64,000 nucleotides of DNA from Eubacteriales bacterium (GCA_045595395.1 JAZOAH010000010.1:32000-95999); one strand, 5' to 3'. Positions 1 through 9,801 are shown, counted from the stretch's first letter. The notes: a model not told the origin generated them from the letters alone. Program-made: numbers and translations.

Positions 1-2
1 TC

Positions 3-527
3 AAGTATATCGCCGGCGGCGACGTGACGACTCTGATGGATCTGTCGGCCTTTGATGAGAAGGATGAAACGGTGCTGCTGTGGCATTGCGGTCCGGCGGC
101 GGCCCGTTATTGCAAGCAAAACGGCTACAAGCTTGGCTGCAATTACAGCGGTATGGCGCATGAGCCAGGCAAGGGCTTGACGGCCCGTTGCGGCGTGGCA
201 CGTGACATGGTATTTGATGATAACCCCATCTCGGTCATGCGTCTGTCGGGCGAGTGCGATAAGATTTTCCATATGGGCGGCGAATTTATGCTTCCGGATA
301 AATTCTCCTTCCACGGTAGCCGTGGTTGGTGCGGAAATCTGACCTTAAACGGTGAGAAGATCGGCGCTAAGGATCTGCTCAACACCATTCTGGTCCACGG
401 CTTCCAGCATCACTTCCCGTTGGTCATCGGTGACTATACCGCTGAGATCAAAGAGTTTGCCGCTTGGGCAGGCTTGAGCACCATTGATAAGGTGCCTTAT
501 GCTGACTATTTGCAGATCATTGAATAA
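3..527 (+). CDS. L-fucose/L-arabinose isomerase-like protein, C-terminal part (5' end outside the window)
   Basis: Frame is open from position 3; LLWHCG and G-F-x-HH-F-x-LV-x-GD motifs typical of the FucI/AraA-like C-terminal domain; sugar-operon context. Confidence 0.65.
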   Translation, partial: KYIAGGDVTTLMDLSAFDEKDETVLLWHCGPAAARYCKQNGYKLGCNYSGMAHEPGKGLTARCGVARDMVFDDNPISVMRLSGECDKIFHMGGEFMLPDKFSFHGSRGWCGNLTLNGEKIGAKDLLNTILVHGFQHHFPLVIGDYTAEIKEFAAWAGLSTIDKVPYADYLQIIE

Positions 528-540
528 AAGGAGAAACAAG

Positions 541-1809
541 ATGAATAACAAAATTACCATTACCGAAATGATGGCTGCGGCCAACACCTTAAGAGAGCAG
601 GGCGAGAAGTTTACCATGCTGGGCATCGGTCCGATGTCCAAGCCGCTGATCAAGGCGGTGCTGGAGCTGGCGCAGGAGAAGGATTTTCCCATTATGCTTA
701 TTGCCAGCCGCAACCAGGTCGATTCGGATGAGTTCGGCCACGGTTATGTCCGTGACTGGGATCAGGATCGCTTTGTAGCCGATGTTAAGGCGGTGCAGGA
801 GGAGATCGGCTTTGACGGTCTGTGCTATCTGTGCCGTGACCACGGTGGTCCGTGGCAGCGTGACGAGGAGCGCAAGGCCAAGCTGCCGGTTGACGAGGCC
901 ATGGATCGTTGCATCCGCTCCTACAAGCATGACATGGAGTCGGGCTTTGATCTGCTGCATATCGACCCGACCAAGGACCCTGAGTTTGCCATGGGTACGG
1001 TGCCCTTTGAACTGGTCATCTCCCGTACCGTTGAGATCATTGAAGAACTGGAAAAGCATCGCCAGGAGAAGGGGCTGCCCCAGATCGGCTATGAGGCCGG
1101 CACCGAGGAGACCAACGGCGGCCTGACCTCGGTCGATGCCTTTAGCAGCTTTATTGATACGCTGGTTGAGCGTTTGGCTCAGAAGGGGATCAAGGCGCCT
1201 GAGTTTGTCGTGGGACAGACCGGCACGCTGACCAGATTGACCGAGAACGTCGGTAACTTCAACCGCGAAAATGCGACTCTGCTTTCGGCCAATGCCGCCA
1301 AGCACGGCGTGGGTGTTAAGGAGCATAACGGCGACTATCTGAGCGATAAGATCCTGCTTGAGCATCCGGTGCTGGGCATTACCGCCATGAACGTTGCCCC
1401 TGAATTCGGCGTGGTCGAGACTCGTGCTTATCTGGAGCTGGCGGCTACCGAGAAGAGAACGGTTGCTCCTGAGGTTTGCTCTAAGCTGGCGCAGGAGATG
1501 TCGGCAGCTGCTGTTAAGAGTGAGCGTTGGCGCAAGTGGATGGTGGGCGACACGGCGACGGCCGAGGTCGATCAGGTGCTGGCTGATGAGGCCTTGACGG
1601 CGCAGATCACCGATATTTGCGGCCACTACACCTATGAGATCCCCGTTGTTAAGAATGAACTGAACAAGATGCTGACCAACCTGAAAAAAGTTGGCATTGA
1701 TGGCGAGGGATATGTCAATTACATGCTTAAAAATTCGATGGATCGCTATGCCTTCTGCTTTGGCATGCATGGTCTGACCTCCAAGCTGCTCAAAGCTTGC
1801 GGTAAATAA
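541..1809 (+). CDS. GatZ/KbaZ-family protein (tagatose-6-phosphate 4-epimerase-like)
   Basis: AAGGAG RBS then ATG at 541; ASRNQVD, RDHGGPWQ, LHIDPT, YEAGTE, KEHNGDY, NVAPE motifs. Confidence 0.75.
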   Translation: MNNKITITEMMAAANTLREQGEKFTMLGIGPMSKPLIKAVLELAQEKDFPIMLIASRNQVDSDEFGHGYVRDWDQDRFVADVKAVQEEIGFDGLCYLCRDHGGPWQRDEERKAKLPVDEAMDRCIRSYKHDMESGFDLLHIDPTKDPEFAMGTVPFELVISRTVEIIEELEKHRQEKGLPQIGYEAGTEETNGGLTSVDAFSSFIDTLVERLAQKGIKAPEFVVGQTGTLTRLTENVGNFNRENATLLSANAAKHGVGVKEHNGDYLSDKILLEHPVLGITAMNVAPEFGVVETRAYLELAATEKRTVAPEVCSKLAQEMSAAAVKSERWRKWMVGDTATAEVDQVLADEALTAQITDICGHYTYEIPVVKNELNKMLTNLKKVGIDGEGYVNYMLKNSMDRYAFCFGMHGLTSKLLKACGK

Positions 1810-1810
1810 G

Positions 1811-2701
1811 ATGGGATATTGTTTGGGCATTGACATCGGCGGCACCAAGACGGCCATTGGACTGTCTGATGGAGCACCGATACCGCAAAAAACGGTGGTT
1901 TTTCCGACCCAACCGGAGAAGGGTGCTGAGGATCTTGTGCGGCGCATCGCTGAGCAAAGCCGAGCCTTAATGAAGGCGTGCGGGGATGTGCAGGCAGATT
2001 TTGCCGGGGTGGCCTGTCCGGGGCCTTTGGATGTGAAAACGGGGCGGATCATTTACATCCCCACGATGGGATTTTCCGATGTTCCCATCCGTCAAATGCT
2101 GGCCGATGCGTTGGGGATGCCTGTCTATCTGGAAAACGATGCCAACTGTGCGGCCTTGGCCGAGTATGGCGTTGGCGTGGCCAAGGGGAGCGATCCGCTG
2201 GTCTATGTTACGGTGAGCACCGGTGTCGGCTGCGGTATTGTCATTAACGGACAGATCCTCTCCGGCGCCTTCTCGTCGGCTGGAGAAATCGGGCATGTCA
2301 CCGTTGATCCCGACGGGCGCTCCTGCCCCTGCGGCAAGAAGGGCTGTCTGGAGGCTTATGCTTCCGGTACGGCCATTGCCCGCGAGGCGGGGTTGGATAC
2401 CAAAGAGGTATTTGACCGTGCGAGAGAGGGCGATGCGGCCATGCTTGACATTGTAAAAAACGCTGCCGATCGGTTGGGGTTGGCCTTGTCGAGTGTATAT
2501 CAGCTCATTGACCCGCAGGCGATCGTACTGGGAGGAAGTGTGACCCGCAGTTATGATGTTTTTGCCGGGCTGCTTGCCGATGCGCTTATCCAATACACCG
2601 AGCCTATAGACGGACGGGACGTTGGGGTACGCATCTCTGAATTTGATGGAGATCAGGGTGTGATTGGAGCCATTTTGTACGGTCAACAACAACACAAATA
2701 A
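1811..2701 (+). CDS. ROK family sugar kinase
   Basis: GIDIGGTK, ENDANCAALAE, GEIGH, CPCGKKGCLE zinc motif; no HTH. Confidence 0.9.
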   Translation: MGYCLGIDIGGTKTAIGLSDGAPIPQKTVVFPTQPEKGAEDLVRRIAEQSRALMKACGDVQADFAGVACPGPLDVKTGRIIYIPTMGFSDVPIRQMLADALGMPVYLENDANCAALAEYGVGVAKGSDPLVYVTVSTGVGCGIVINGQILSGAFSSAGEIGHVTVDPDGRSCPCGKKGCLEAYASGTAIAREAGLDTKEVFDRAREGDAAMLDIVKNAADRLGLALSSVYQLIDPQAIVLGGSVTRSYDVFAGLLADALIQYTEPIDGRDVGVRISEFDGDQGVIGAILYGQQQHK

Positions 2702-2711
2702 GGAGATCACG

Positions 2712-4754
2712 ATGAATCAGTCATTAAACGGAATTTGGGAATATCGTATCGGCAAGGGTGAGTGGCAGGAGCGTCAGGTGCCTTTCTCGGCGTCGCCGGT
2801 GGGGCATAGTGAGTGCCGTCGCACCTTTGATCTGGAGCAGACGACGCCGCGTACCTTCCTGCGTTTTGACGGTATTACCTATGCGGCTGCAGTCTATCTC
2901 AACGGCAAGAAGTTGGGTAAGATGGGCCCGTATTGTGAATATGAGTTTGAAATTACCGACTGTGTTCGAGCCACCGACAATGAGGTGCTGGTAGAGCTGG
3001 AGGATATTGCGCCGGCTTTTGGCCCGTCTGAGGGTTGGCAAAATTACGGCGGCATTACCCGCAATGTGCAGATCGTATATCGGGATCGGCACTATATTGA
3101 AGACGTCTTTTTTGCGGGACGTGCATCGGGTGACTATACCATCACCATGCAGGGTGAGGGGCGTTGGCGCATCTCGATTGACGGCAAGACGGTCGAAGCC
3201 GAGCAAAAAGAAGTTGCCGGACGGGTGGATCAGGTGCGTTGCTGGTCGCCCGACGAGCCGAACCTGTACGACCTGAAGGTGGAACTGCTGGATGGTGATC
3301 GGGTGGTTGATACCTACGAGGCGAAGGTGGGATTCCGTGATTTCACCTGCGATGATCATGAGCTCTATCTCAACGGCAAGCCCATCTTCCTGCGGGGTGT
3401 GTGCAAGCATGAAATGATCGGAGCGAGCGGACATACCTTGACCTATGAGCAGATCGAAGAGGATCTGAAAAAGATCAAGGCGACGGGTTGCAACTATGTG
3501 CGTTTGGTGCATTATCCGCACGATAAGCGCACGCTGGAGATCACCGACCGCATCGGTCTGATGACCTCGGAAGAGCCGGGACTTTGGTGGTCGGACACCG
3601 CCGTTCCCGAAGTGGCGCAGGGCAGTATCGAGGTGCTGCGGCGCACCATTAAGCGTGACCGCAACCATGCCAGTATCGTATTTTGGCTCTGCTTTAACGA
3701 GTGCCGCTTCACCGAGCAGTTCCTCATCGACAGTGCCAAGGCCTGCCGTGAGATGGATACGACCCGTCTGGTGTCGGGCGCCAATTGTATGAGCCCCGAG
3801 GATACCGTGACCTATTACAACAAGTGCGGCTTCGACTTCTATACCATGCATCCCTACTATTACAACTTTGATCGGGCTCGGTTGTCGGCGCAGATTTTGT
3901 GCGACAAACCGCTGGTCTTTACCGAATGGGGCGGCATGTATGTCTTTGATAAGCCCGAGCTTGTCAGTGAGTATATCCGCAACATGATTGGCCTGAAAAA
4001 GAAAAAGAAATTAGCGGGTGCATCCTTCTGGTATTGGATGCAAGGGTATGATTACAACCGTTCTCGTCCGGCCTGTGAGGACGGCAAGCTGATGGAGCAT
4101 CTGATCAATGTCGACGGCACACCCTCCTCCATTTACGATGCCTTCTGCAACAGCTGGGACGAGGATATGTCCCGTGATAAGTTCTTCGGTATTGAGTGGT
4201 TCGATTCTTGCGACAAGACGCCGCTGACCTGTCAGGACAAGGGTGATTATTTGGCGTTGATGGATAAGATCGAGGAGCCTATGCCGGCCCATCTGGTGCG
4301 GATGCGTAAGCGTCAGCTGCTGTTCGGGCCGATGCTGGAAGAGGCGCCTGCGGTGCTCAGCGATGGCGAGGAGCTGGTCTTTGACGGGCCGGTGAAGGGC
4401 GATGCGGTGACGCTGATCGGTTGCGTCAGTGCATCGAAGGGATATCCGATCGTCGGCGAGTACGGCGAGGCGGCGGCTGAGGTCATTGTGGAATATGAGG
4501 GCGGACAGCAGACGATGGTGCTGCGCAACGGGTTGGAATTTACCACCGTCTTTACCACGCTCAGTTCTTCCCGCATCAATCCGACGGCCGAGAATGTAAC
4601 GCCCTATGCCGAATTCCACTATGATAAAAACTTTGAAAATTATCTCATCAATCGGTTGGATATTTGGTTGGACGAGGCCAAGACGGTCAATCGTGTACGG
4701 ATCCGCTCGTTGGGAGCCGGCTATGACCTGTTGTTCTACGGCGTGTATGCATAA
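2712..4754 (+). CDS. Glycoside hydrolase family 2 (beta-galactosidase/glucuronidase-like), no signal peptide
   Basis: AGGAG RBS; LRFDGI, WSPDEPNLY, GFR, LNGKPIFLRGVCKHE, RLVHYP, RDRNHASI-W-x-x-FNE (acid/base), FTEWG (nucleophile). Confidence 0.88.
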   Translation: MNQSLNGIWEYRIGKGEWQERQVPFSASPVGHSECRRTFDLEQTTPRTFLRFDGITYAAAVYLNGKKLGKMGPYCEYEFEITDCVRATDNEVLVELEDIAPAFGPSEGWQNYGGITRNVQIVYRDRHYIEDVFFAGRASGDYTITMQGEGRWRISIDGKTVEAEQKEVAGRVDQVRCWSPDEPNLYDLKVELLDGDRVVDTYEAKVGFRDFTCDDHELYLNGKPIFLRGVCKHEMIGASGHTLTYEQIEEDLKKIKATGCNYVRLVHYPHDKRTLEITDRIGLMTSEEPGLWWSDTAVPEVAQGSIEVLRRTIKRDRNHASIVFWLCFNECRFTEQFLIDSAKACREMDTTRLVSGANCMSPEDTVTYYNKCGFDFYTMHPYYYNFDRARLSAQILCDKPLVFTEWGGMYVFDKPELVSEYIRNMIGLKKKKKLAGASFWYWMQGYDYNRSRPACEDGKLMEHLINVDGTPSSIYDAFCNSWDEDMSRDKFFGIEWFDSCDKTPLTCQDKGDYLALMDKIEEPMPAHLVRMRKRQLLFGPMLEEAPAVLSDGEELVFDGPVKGDAVTLIGCVSASKGYPIVGEYGEAAAEVIVEYEGGQQTMVLRNGLEFTTVFTTLSSSRINPTAENVTPYAEFHYDKNFENYLINRLDIWLDEAKTVNRVRIRSLGAGYDLLFYGVYA

Positions 4755-4783
4755 AAAAAGAGAGCTTATGCTCTCTTTTTTTT
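4754..4783. terminator. Bidirectional intrinsic terminator
   Basis: A7-GAGAGC-TTAT-GCTCTC-T7+ between convergent genes. Confidence 0.85.
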
Positions 4784-5939
4784 ATGTGGTTAGATGAAGC
4801 CTGGGCTTTTGGAAGAAGGTGTCGAGGACGAAGAGGGCGGCACCGTGGGCACCCTCGCCCTCGGGGAAGGAGGTGGGGCGGATGTCCAGGTCGTGCACGG
4901 CGTAGGCGTTGCAGGCGGCCTGTGCCGTGTTGCGGATGGCGGTGATTAGGGGATGATCATCGTTTATAGGTAGGCCGTCGATGACAACGGTGTAGATGTC
5001 CAATAATTTGATGGCGTTGGCCAGGGCAATGCCGAAATAGCGGCCGGCACGGGCCAGGAGAGCGGCGGCATCGGGCTGATGGAGAAGGGCGGCAAAGGGC
5101 AGGGACTTGCCGGTCTGCTCGGCATAGAGGCGTTCGATGGTGGGACGGGAGGATACCGTTTCCAAACAGCCGCGATTGCCGCAGAGGCAGAGGTCGCCGT
5201 TGGGATCGACGGTGGTGTGGCCCAAATAGCCGGAGTTGCCAAATCTACCGTCAACCAGTTCACTGTTGCGGATGATGGCCATGCCGATGCCGGTACGGTA
5301 GGCGACAAAGAGAAAATCCTGATCTTCCAGTCCCAGACGAGCGGTGGCGACACGGCTCATGAGATGGGCGTCGTTTCGCAGGTAGATGGGAACGGGAAAG
5401 CGGCGGGAGAGCTGCTCGTGCAGGGGCTCTTTATTCCAGTCGAAAATGCGGGAGATGGTCTGCGAGGTGTTGCTTTGCTTGTTGACAGTTCCGGGGATGC
5501 CGACTCCGATACCGATGATATTGTCCATGGTCAGTGACATGGCAGCCATGGCCGTTTCGATCTCGGTACATAGCCGGTCGATAATGGCCGAACGGGACAG
5601 ATCGGGGGAACAGATCCACTGCCGTTCAAAACAGATATGACCGGTCAGGTCGGTGATGCACAGACGCATGGGCGGGAATTCAAAGTCGATGCCGATGGCG
5701 AAATAATGGCGGGTATTGATCGTATACCGGATCGGCTGGCGGCCGAAATCGGAGGCGACCTTGCCGCCGGCGGCGATGACCTGCCGCTGCGTCTGCTCCT
5801 CCAGGATGCTCAGCACGGTGGGGCGGCTCAGGCGGGTGGCGCGCATCATCTGCTCTACCGTTAAGCCGGTGCTGCGGCGCAGGGCATCGAGCACCAAAAA
5901 ACTGTTGGCGGTCTTGATGGTCTTGGTCGAATTTCGCAT
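4782..5939 (-). CDS. ROK family transcriptional repressor (NagC/XylR-like)
   Basis: N-terminal wHTH (LSRPTV...GRQP), ROK domain GIGVGIPG, NDA, GYLGH, CLCGNRGCLE. Confidence 0.9.
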   Translation of the reverse strand: MRNSTKTIKTANSFLVLDALRRSTGLTVEQMMRATRLSRPTVLSILEEQTQRQVIAAGGKVASDFGRQPIRYTINTRHYFAIGIDFEFPPMRLCITDLTGHICFERQWICSPDLSRSAIIDRLCTEIETAMAAMSLTMDNIIGIGVGIPGTVNKQSNTSQTISRIFDWNKEPLHEQLSRRFPVPIYLRNDAHLMSRVATARLGLEDQDFLFVAYRTGIGMAIIRNSELVDGRFGNSGYLGHTTVDPNGDLCLCGNRGCLETVSSRPTIERLYAEQTGKSLPFAALLHQPDAAALLARAGRYFGIALANAIKLLDIYTVVIDGLPINDDHPLITAIRNTAQAACNAYAVHDLDIRPTSFPEGEGAHGAALFVLDTFFQKPRLHLTT

Positions 5940-5965
5940 CGGATATCCCTCCTATCTATGGATTG

Positions 5966-6028
5966 AGTATAACAGAAAAAATTACTTTTGTCAAATATAT
6001 TGACAAAAGTCGGTCGGGTTGCTACAAT
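5966..6028. promoter_or_regulatory. Back-to-back sigma-A promoters overlapped by an 11-bp inverted repeat (candidate ROK operator)
   Basis: + strand TTGACA(6000-6005)-17-TACAAT(6023-6028); - strand TTGACA(5994-5989)-17-TATACT(5971-5966); ACTTTTGTCAA-N5-TTGACAAAAGT at 5984-6010. Confidence 0.8.
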
Positions 6029-6052
6029 AAAGAAAAAAGGGAGGTGTTGCCT

Positions 6053-6946
6053 GTGGTACTGGGTGTAGAGATCGGCGGCACCAAGCAGCAGATCGCCGTG
6101 TGTGACGGCGAGGGGCAGCTTATTGAGATGGTCAGCGGCAAGCCGCAGATTCAGCGTGGCGCGCCGGACATTTTAGATTGGCTAAAAGAGAATATTATCC
6201 TTCTTTTGAAGAAATATGAGATCACCAGCATCGGCGTCGGTTTCGGCGGTCCGTTGGAGACGGCGATGGGGCGGGTGCTTATTTCGTTGCAGGTTAAGGG
6301 CTGGAAAGATTTTGAGCTTAAGACCTGGTTTGAGAAGACCTTTGATCGGCCAACGGTCGTGGTCAACGACACGGTGGCGGGCGGATATGCCGAGCTGCTG
6401 ATGGGCTCAGGCCGTGGCAGTCAAGCCTTCTTCTATACCAATATCGGCACCGGCATCGGCGGGTCGCTTTTTATCAACGGCAAGCCGTGGGACGGTATCG
6501 GATTCGGCGCTTCCTATTTCGGCAATACCTACATCAGCGAGCCTCCCGTGCGCATTGAGGAACTGTGCAGCGGTCCGTCGATCGAACGGCGGCTGCGGGA
6601 TGGGATCCCGGCCGATTCCAAGGTGGCAGAGCCGACCTGTCGGGCGCTGCATGCGGCGGCCAAAGAGGGTGACGCCTTTGCCTTGAGCGTATTGGAGGAT
6701 GTCGGCCGTCATTTCGGCTTGGGGATCGCCAATCTGGTGACACTGTTGGGTGTTGACCGCATCGCCATCGGCGGCGGCGTGGCCAATATGGGCGAATATG
6801 TGGTAGCCCCCATTCGTCGGCATGCCGAGAACTATGTCTTTATTACGGGGCGGGAGCGTTTTACCGTGACCACCTGCGAATTACTGGATAATAACGTGCC
6901 GCTGGGCGCGGCTCTCTTCGCAATTCATGGCTTTGAAAGCATATAA
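6053..6946 (+). CDS. ROK family kinase, atypical (ExGGTK, no Cys zinc motif)
   Basis: GGAGG RBS then GTG at 6053; GVEIGGTK, NDTVAGGYAE, GTGIGG. Confidence 0.8.
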   Translation: MVLGVEIGGTKQQIAVCDGEGQLIEMVSGKPQIQRGAPDILDWLKENIILLLKKYEITSIGVGFGGPLETAMGRVLISLQVKGWKDFELKTWFEKTFDRPTVVVNDTVAGGYAELLMGSGRGSQAFFYTNIGTGIGGSLFINGKPWDGIGFGASYFGNTYISEPPVRIEELCSGPSIERRLRDGIPADSKVAEPTCRALHAAAKEGDAFALSVLEDVGRHFGLGIANLVTLLGVDRIAIGGGVANMGEYVVAPIRRHAENYVFITGRERFTVTTCELLDNNVPLGAALFAIHGFESI

Positions 6947-6962
6947 ATAGGGGGAAAGAAAA

Positions 6963-7736
6963 ATGGATTGGAAAAAAGTGATTGCTGACAAGATCGCTGA
7001 GATCGAGCAGGATACCACGCCTGCCAAGGAGTATCCGATGCTGCTTAACCACAGCAAATATTGTGACCACACGGTGCTGCGTGCCTACACGCCGGTCGCA
7101 ATCGTGGATGAGTTTTGTAAGGAGGGCATCGAGCACGGTGCTGCTTCCATCTGCGTTAACCCCATTCATGTTAAGAGAGTGAAGGCTAACCTGGCCGGAT
7201 CCGACCTGAAGACCTGCTGTGTCGTTGGTTTCCCCTTGGGTGCCAACCGTCCCGAGGTCAAGGCTTTTGAAACCAAGCTTGCCGTAGAGGACGGCGCTGA
7301 TGAGATCGATATGGTCATCAATATCGGCGCCCTGCGTGATCAGAACTATGATCTGGTCTATGAAGACATCAAGGGTGTTGTTGATGCTTCGGGTGAGGCT
7401 CATGTTAAGGTTATCATTGAGACCTGCTATCTGACCAAAGAGGAAAAGATCGCAGCTTGCGTGCTGTCCAAGGCGGCAGGCGCTGACTATGTCAAGACCT
7501 CGACCGGTATGGGCACCGGCGGTGCTACGGTACCCGATGTGCAGCTGATGAAGCGTGTGGTCGGCGAGGATATGCTGGTCAAGGCTTCCACCGGCGTTCT
7601 TTGCCGTGAGGATGTTGAGGCGATGGTCAAGGCCGGTGCTGTTCGTATGGGCACCAGTTCCACCGTTTTCATCAACACCAACGACCGCACCCGTCCCTAT
7701 GCTTCCCAGAAGAATCAGCCGCCCAAGTTTGACTAA
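6963..7736 (+). CDS. deoC: Deoxyribose-phosphate aldolase family
   Basis: DHTVL, VVGFPLGA, GADEIDMVIN, KVIIETCYL, VKTSTG (Schiff-base Lys), RMGTSS. Confidence 0.88.
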   Translation: MDWKKVIADKIAEIEQDTTPAKEYPMLLNHSKYCDHTVLRAYTPVAIVDEFCKEGIEHGAASICVNPIHVKRVKANLAGSDLKTCCVVGFPLGANRPEVKAFETKLAVEDGADEIDMVINIGALRDQNYDLVYEDIKGVVDASGEAHVKVIIETCYLTKEEKIAACVLSKAAGADYVKTSTGMGTGGATVPDVQLMKRVVGEDMLVKASTGVLCREDVEAMVKAGAVRMGTSSTVFINTNDRTRPYASQKNQPPKFD

Positions 7737-7739
7737 AAC

Positions 7740-7770
7740 CAAGAGCCGCATAAGCGGCTCTTGTTTTTTT
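7740..7770 (+). terminator. Intrinsic terminator after deoC
   Basis: CAAGAGCCGC-ATAA-GCGGCTCTTG-T7. Confidence 0.85.
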
Positions 7771-7795
7771 ATCGGATGTGCGGTATAATAACCAC

Positions 7796-9127
7796 ATGAA
7801 GAAGACACGATTAACGACAACTCACATCATATTGTTCAGTTTCCTGGCGGCCATTTTCATCGGCAGCGGGCTGCTGGCGCTGCCCATGGCCTCGGCGACG
7901 GGAGTGGCGGTGCCCTATATCGATGCGCTTTTTACCGCTACCACCTCGACCTGTGTGACCGGACTGGTCACGCTGCCGACGGTGTCGACCTGGAGTGGGT
8001 TTGGACAGGCGGTGATCCTGCTGCTGATCCAGATCGGCGGCTTGGGCATCATCACCACTATGGCCGGCCTGATGGTGTTGCTCCACCGCCGCATGGGTCT
8101 GCGAGATCGTCTGCTGTTGCAGGATGCCTTTAACCTAAACTCGCTCTCGGGGCTGGTTCGGTTTCTTAAGAAGGTGCTGATGGGTACCTTTGCCGTTGAG
8201 GGTGCGGGCGCCCTGTTGTGCATGACGGTGTTCGTGCCGCAGTATGGGCTGCGGGGGGTCTGGATCTCGGTCTTTCATGCCGTGTCGGCCTTTTGCAATG
8301 CCGGTATTGATATTTTGGCGCAGGACAGCCTGTGTCAGTACGCCACTCATCCGCTGATCAACGCCGTGACGATAGCCCTTATTATTTTGGGCGGTATCGG
8401 CTATGTGGTCTGGTGGGATGTTTTGCAGGCGGTGCGGCACAAAAAGAGAGGGCTGATGCTGCACAGCAAGATCGCACTGGTCACGACAGCGGTGCTGATC
8501 GTCGGCGGTGCGGCGGCCATATTGGCCTTTGAATATCACAATCCGCTCACCATCGGGGATATGAGTCTTTGGGATAAGATCCAGGTGTCGGTCTTCCAGT
8601 CGGTGACGACACGCACGGCCGGGTTTGCCACGGTGCCCCAGCAGGATCTGACCACCGGCTCGACGCTGGTGACGCTGATGCTGATGTTTATCGGCGGCTC
8701 GCCGGTGGGTACGGCCGGCGGCATTAAGACGGTGACGCTGACGGTGCTGATCGCCGCCGCCTTGGCTACGGTACGCAATCGGGATGAGGTGGTGCTCTAT
8801 CGGCGCAGCATAACCGCCCAGGCCATTCGCAAGGCGTTGGCGGTGGCGGGGATGTCGGCCTTTATCGTGTTGGTTTCCACGGGGCTGCTGGCCGCCGTGA
8901 GCGATGCGCCGCTGGTGGATCTGTTGTTTGAGACGGTTAGTGCCACGGCAACGGTGGGTCTGACCCGAGACCTGACGCCGCTTTTGAATGGGTGGGGCAA
9001 GCTGATCCTCATTGCCACCATGTATTTGGGACGAATCGGCCCGATCTCGCTGGCCATTGCCTTTCATCTGCGCAGAAAAAATCCCAACATCATTAAAAAT
9101 CCGACAGAGGAGATTCATGTAGGATGA
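7796..9127 (+). CDS. ktrB: Trk/Ktr K+ uptake membrane subunit
   Basis: Selectivity-filter motifs TCVTGL, FCNAG, RTAGF, ATVGL; GGSPVGTAGGIK; MYLGRIGP. Confidence 0.9.
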   Translation: MKKTRLTTTHIILFSFLAAIFIGSGLLALPMASATGVAVPYIDALFTATTSTCVTGLVTLPTVSTWSGFGQAVILLLIQIGGLGIITTMAGLMVLLHRRMGLRDRLLLQDAFNLNSLSGLVRFLKKVLMGTFAVEGAGALLCMTVFVPQYGLRGVWISVFHAVSAFCNAGIDILAQDSLCQYATHPLINAVTIALIILGGIGYVVWWDVLQAVRHKKRGLMLHSKIALVTTAVLIVGGAAAILAFEYHNPLTIGDMSLWDKIQVSVFQSVTTRTAGFATVPQQDLTTGSTLVTLMLMFIGGSPVGTAGGIKTVTLTVLIAAALATVRNRDEVVLYRRSITAQAIRKALAVAGMSAFIVLVSTGLLAAVSDAPLVDLLFETVSATATVGLTRDLTPLLNGWGKLILIATMYLGRIGPISLAIAFHLRRKNPNIIKNPTEEIHVG

Positions 9128-9774
9128 GTATACACAAGACATACGCCGTGTTTGGTTTGGGCCGCTACGGGCGGGCGGTCGCTAAAGAATTGATCGAGAG
9201 CGGCGCCGAGGTGCTGGCTGTTGATATGGATGCGGCCATCGTCAATGCTGCCGCCGAGGAACTGCCTGTTTGCAAGTGTGCCGACATTACCGACCCCGAG
9301 GTTATCAGGCAGTTGGGTATTTCCAATATGGACGTGGTCATTATTGCCATGGCCAGCAATCTGGAGGCCAGCGTGATGGCCATTACCCTGTGTAAGGAGA
9401 TGGGCGTGCCGCATGTCATTGTCAAGTGCGCCAACGAGATGCATCGTCGGATCATGCAGCGTATCGGCGCTGACAAGGTGGTCTTCCCCGAAAAGGAATC
9501 GGGGACGCGGCTGGCCAAAAACTTGATCAGTTCTGGGTTTTTGGATATCATTGATCTGTCCAAAAAGGTGTCGATGGTCGAACTGGCCATCAAGCCTGAA
9601 TGGGAGGGCAAAACGCTTATGGAACTGGATCTGCGCCGCAAATATTCTCTCAACGTCGTGGCTATCCGTGACGGGGACGAGGTGAGCATTGACATTGATC
9701 CGACACAGCCGCTGCCGACCGACTGCAAGCTGATCGTGGTGGCCAAAGTGGAAAAACTGAAGAAATTGATATAA
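9124..9774 (+). CDS. ktrA: Trk/Ktr K+ uptake RCK subunit
   Basis: GLGRYG Rossmann motif, GADKVVFPE, C-terminal RCK_C; ATGA overlap with ktrB. Confidence 0.9.
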   Translation: MSIHKTYAVFGLGRYGRAVAKELIESGAEVLAVDMDAAIVNAAAEELPVCKCADITDPEVIRQLGISNMDVVIIAMASNLEASVMAITLCKEMGVPHVIVKCANEMHRRIMQRIGADKVVFPEKESGTRLAKNLISSGFLDIIDLSKKVSMVELAIKPEWEGKTLMELDLRRKYSLNVVAIRDGDEVSIDIDPTQPLPTDCKLIVVAKVEKLKKLI

Positions 9775-9801
9775 AAAATAGAGCCGAAAGGCTCTATTTT
9801 T
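9774..9801. terminator. Bidirectional intrinsic terminator
   Basis: AAAAATAGAGCC-GAAA-GGCTCTATTTTT between convergent genes. Confidence 0.85.
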
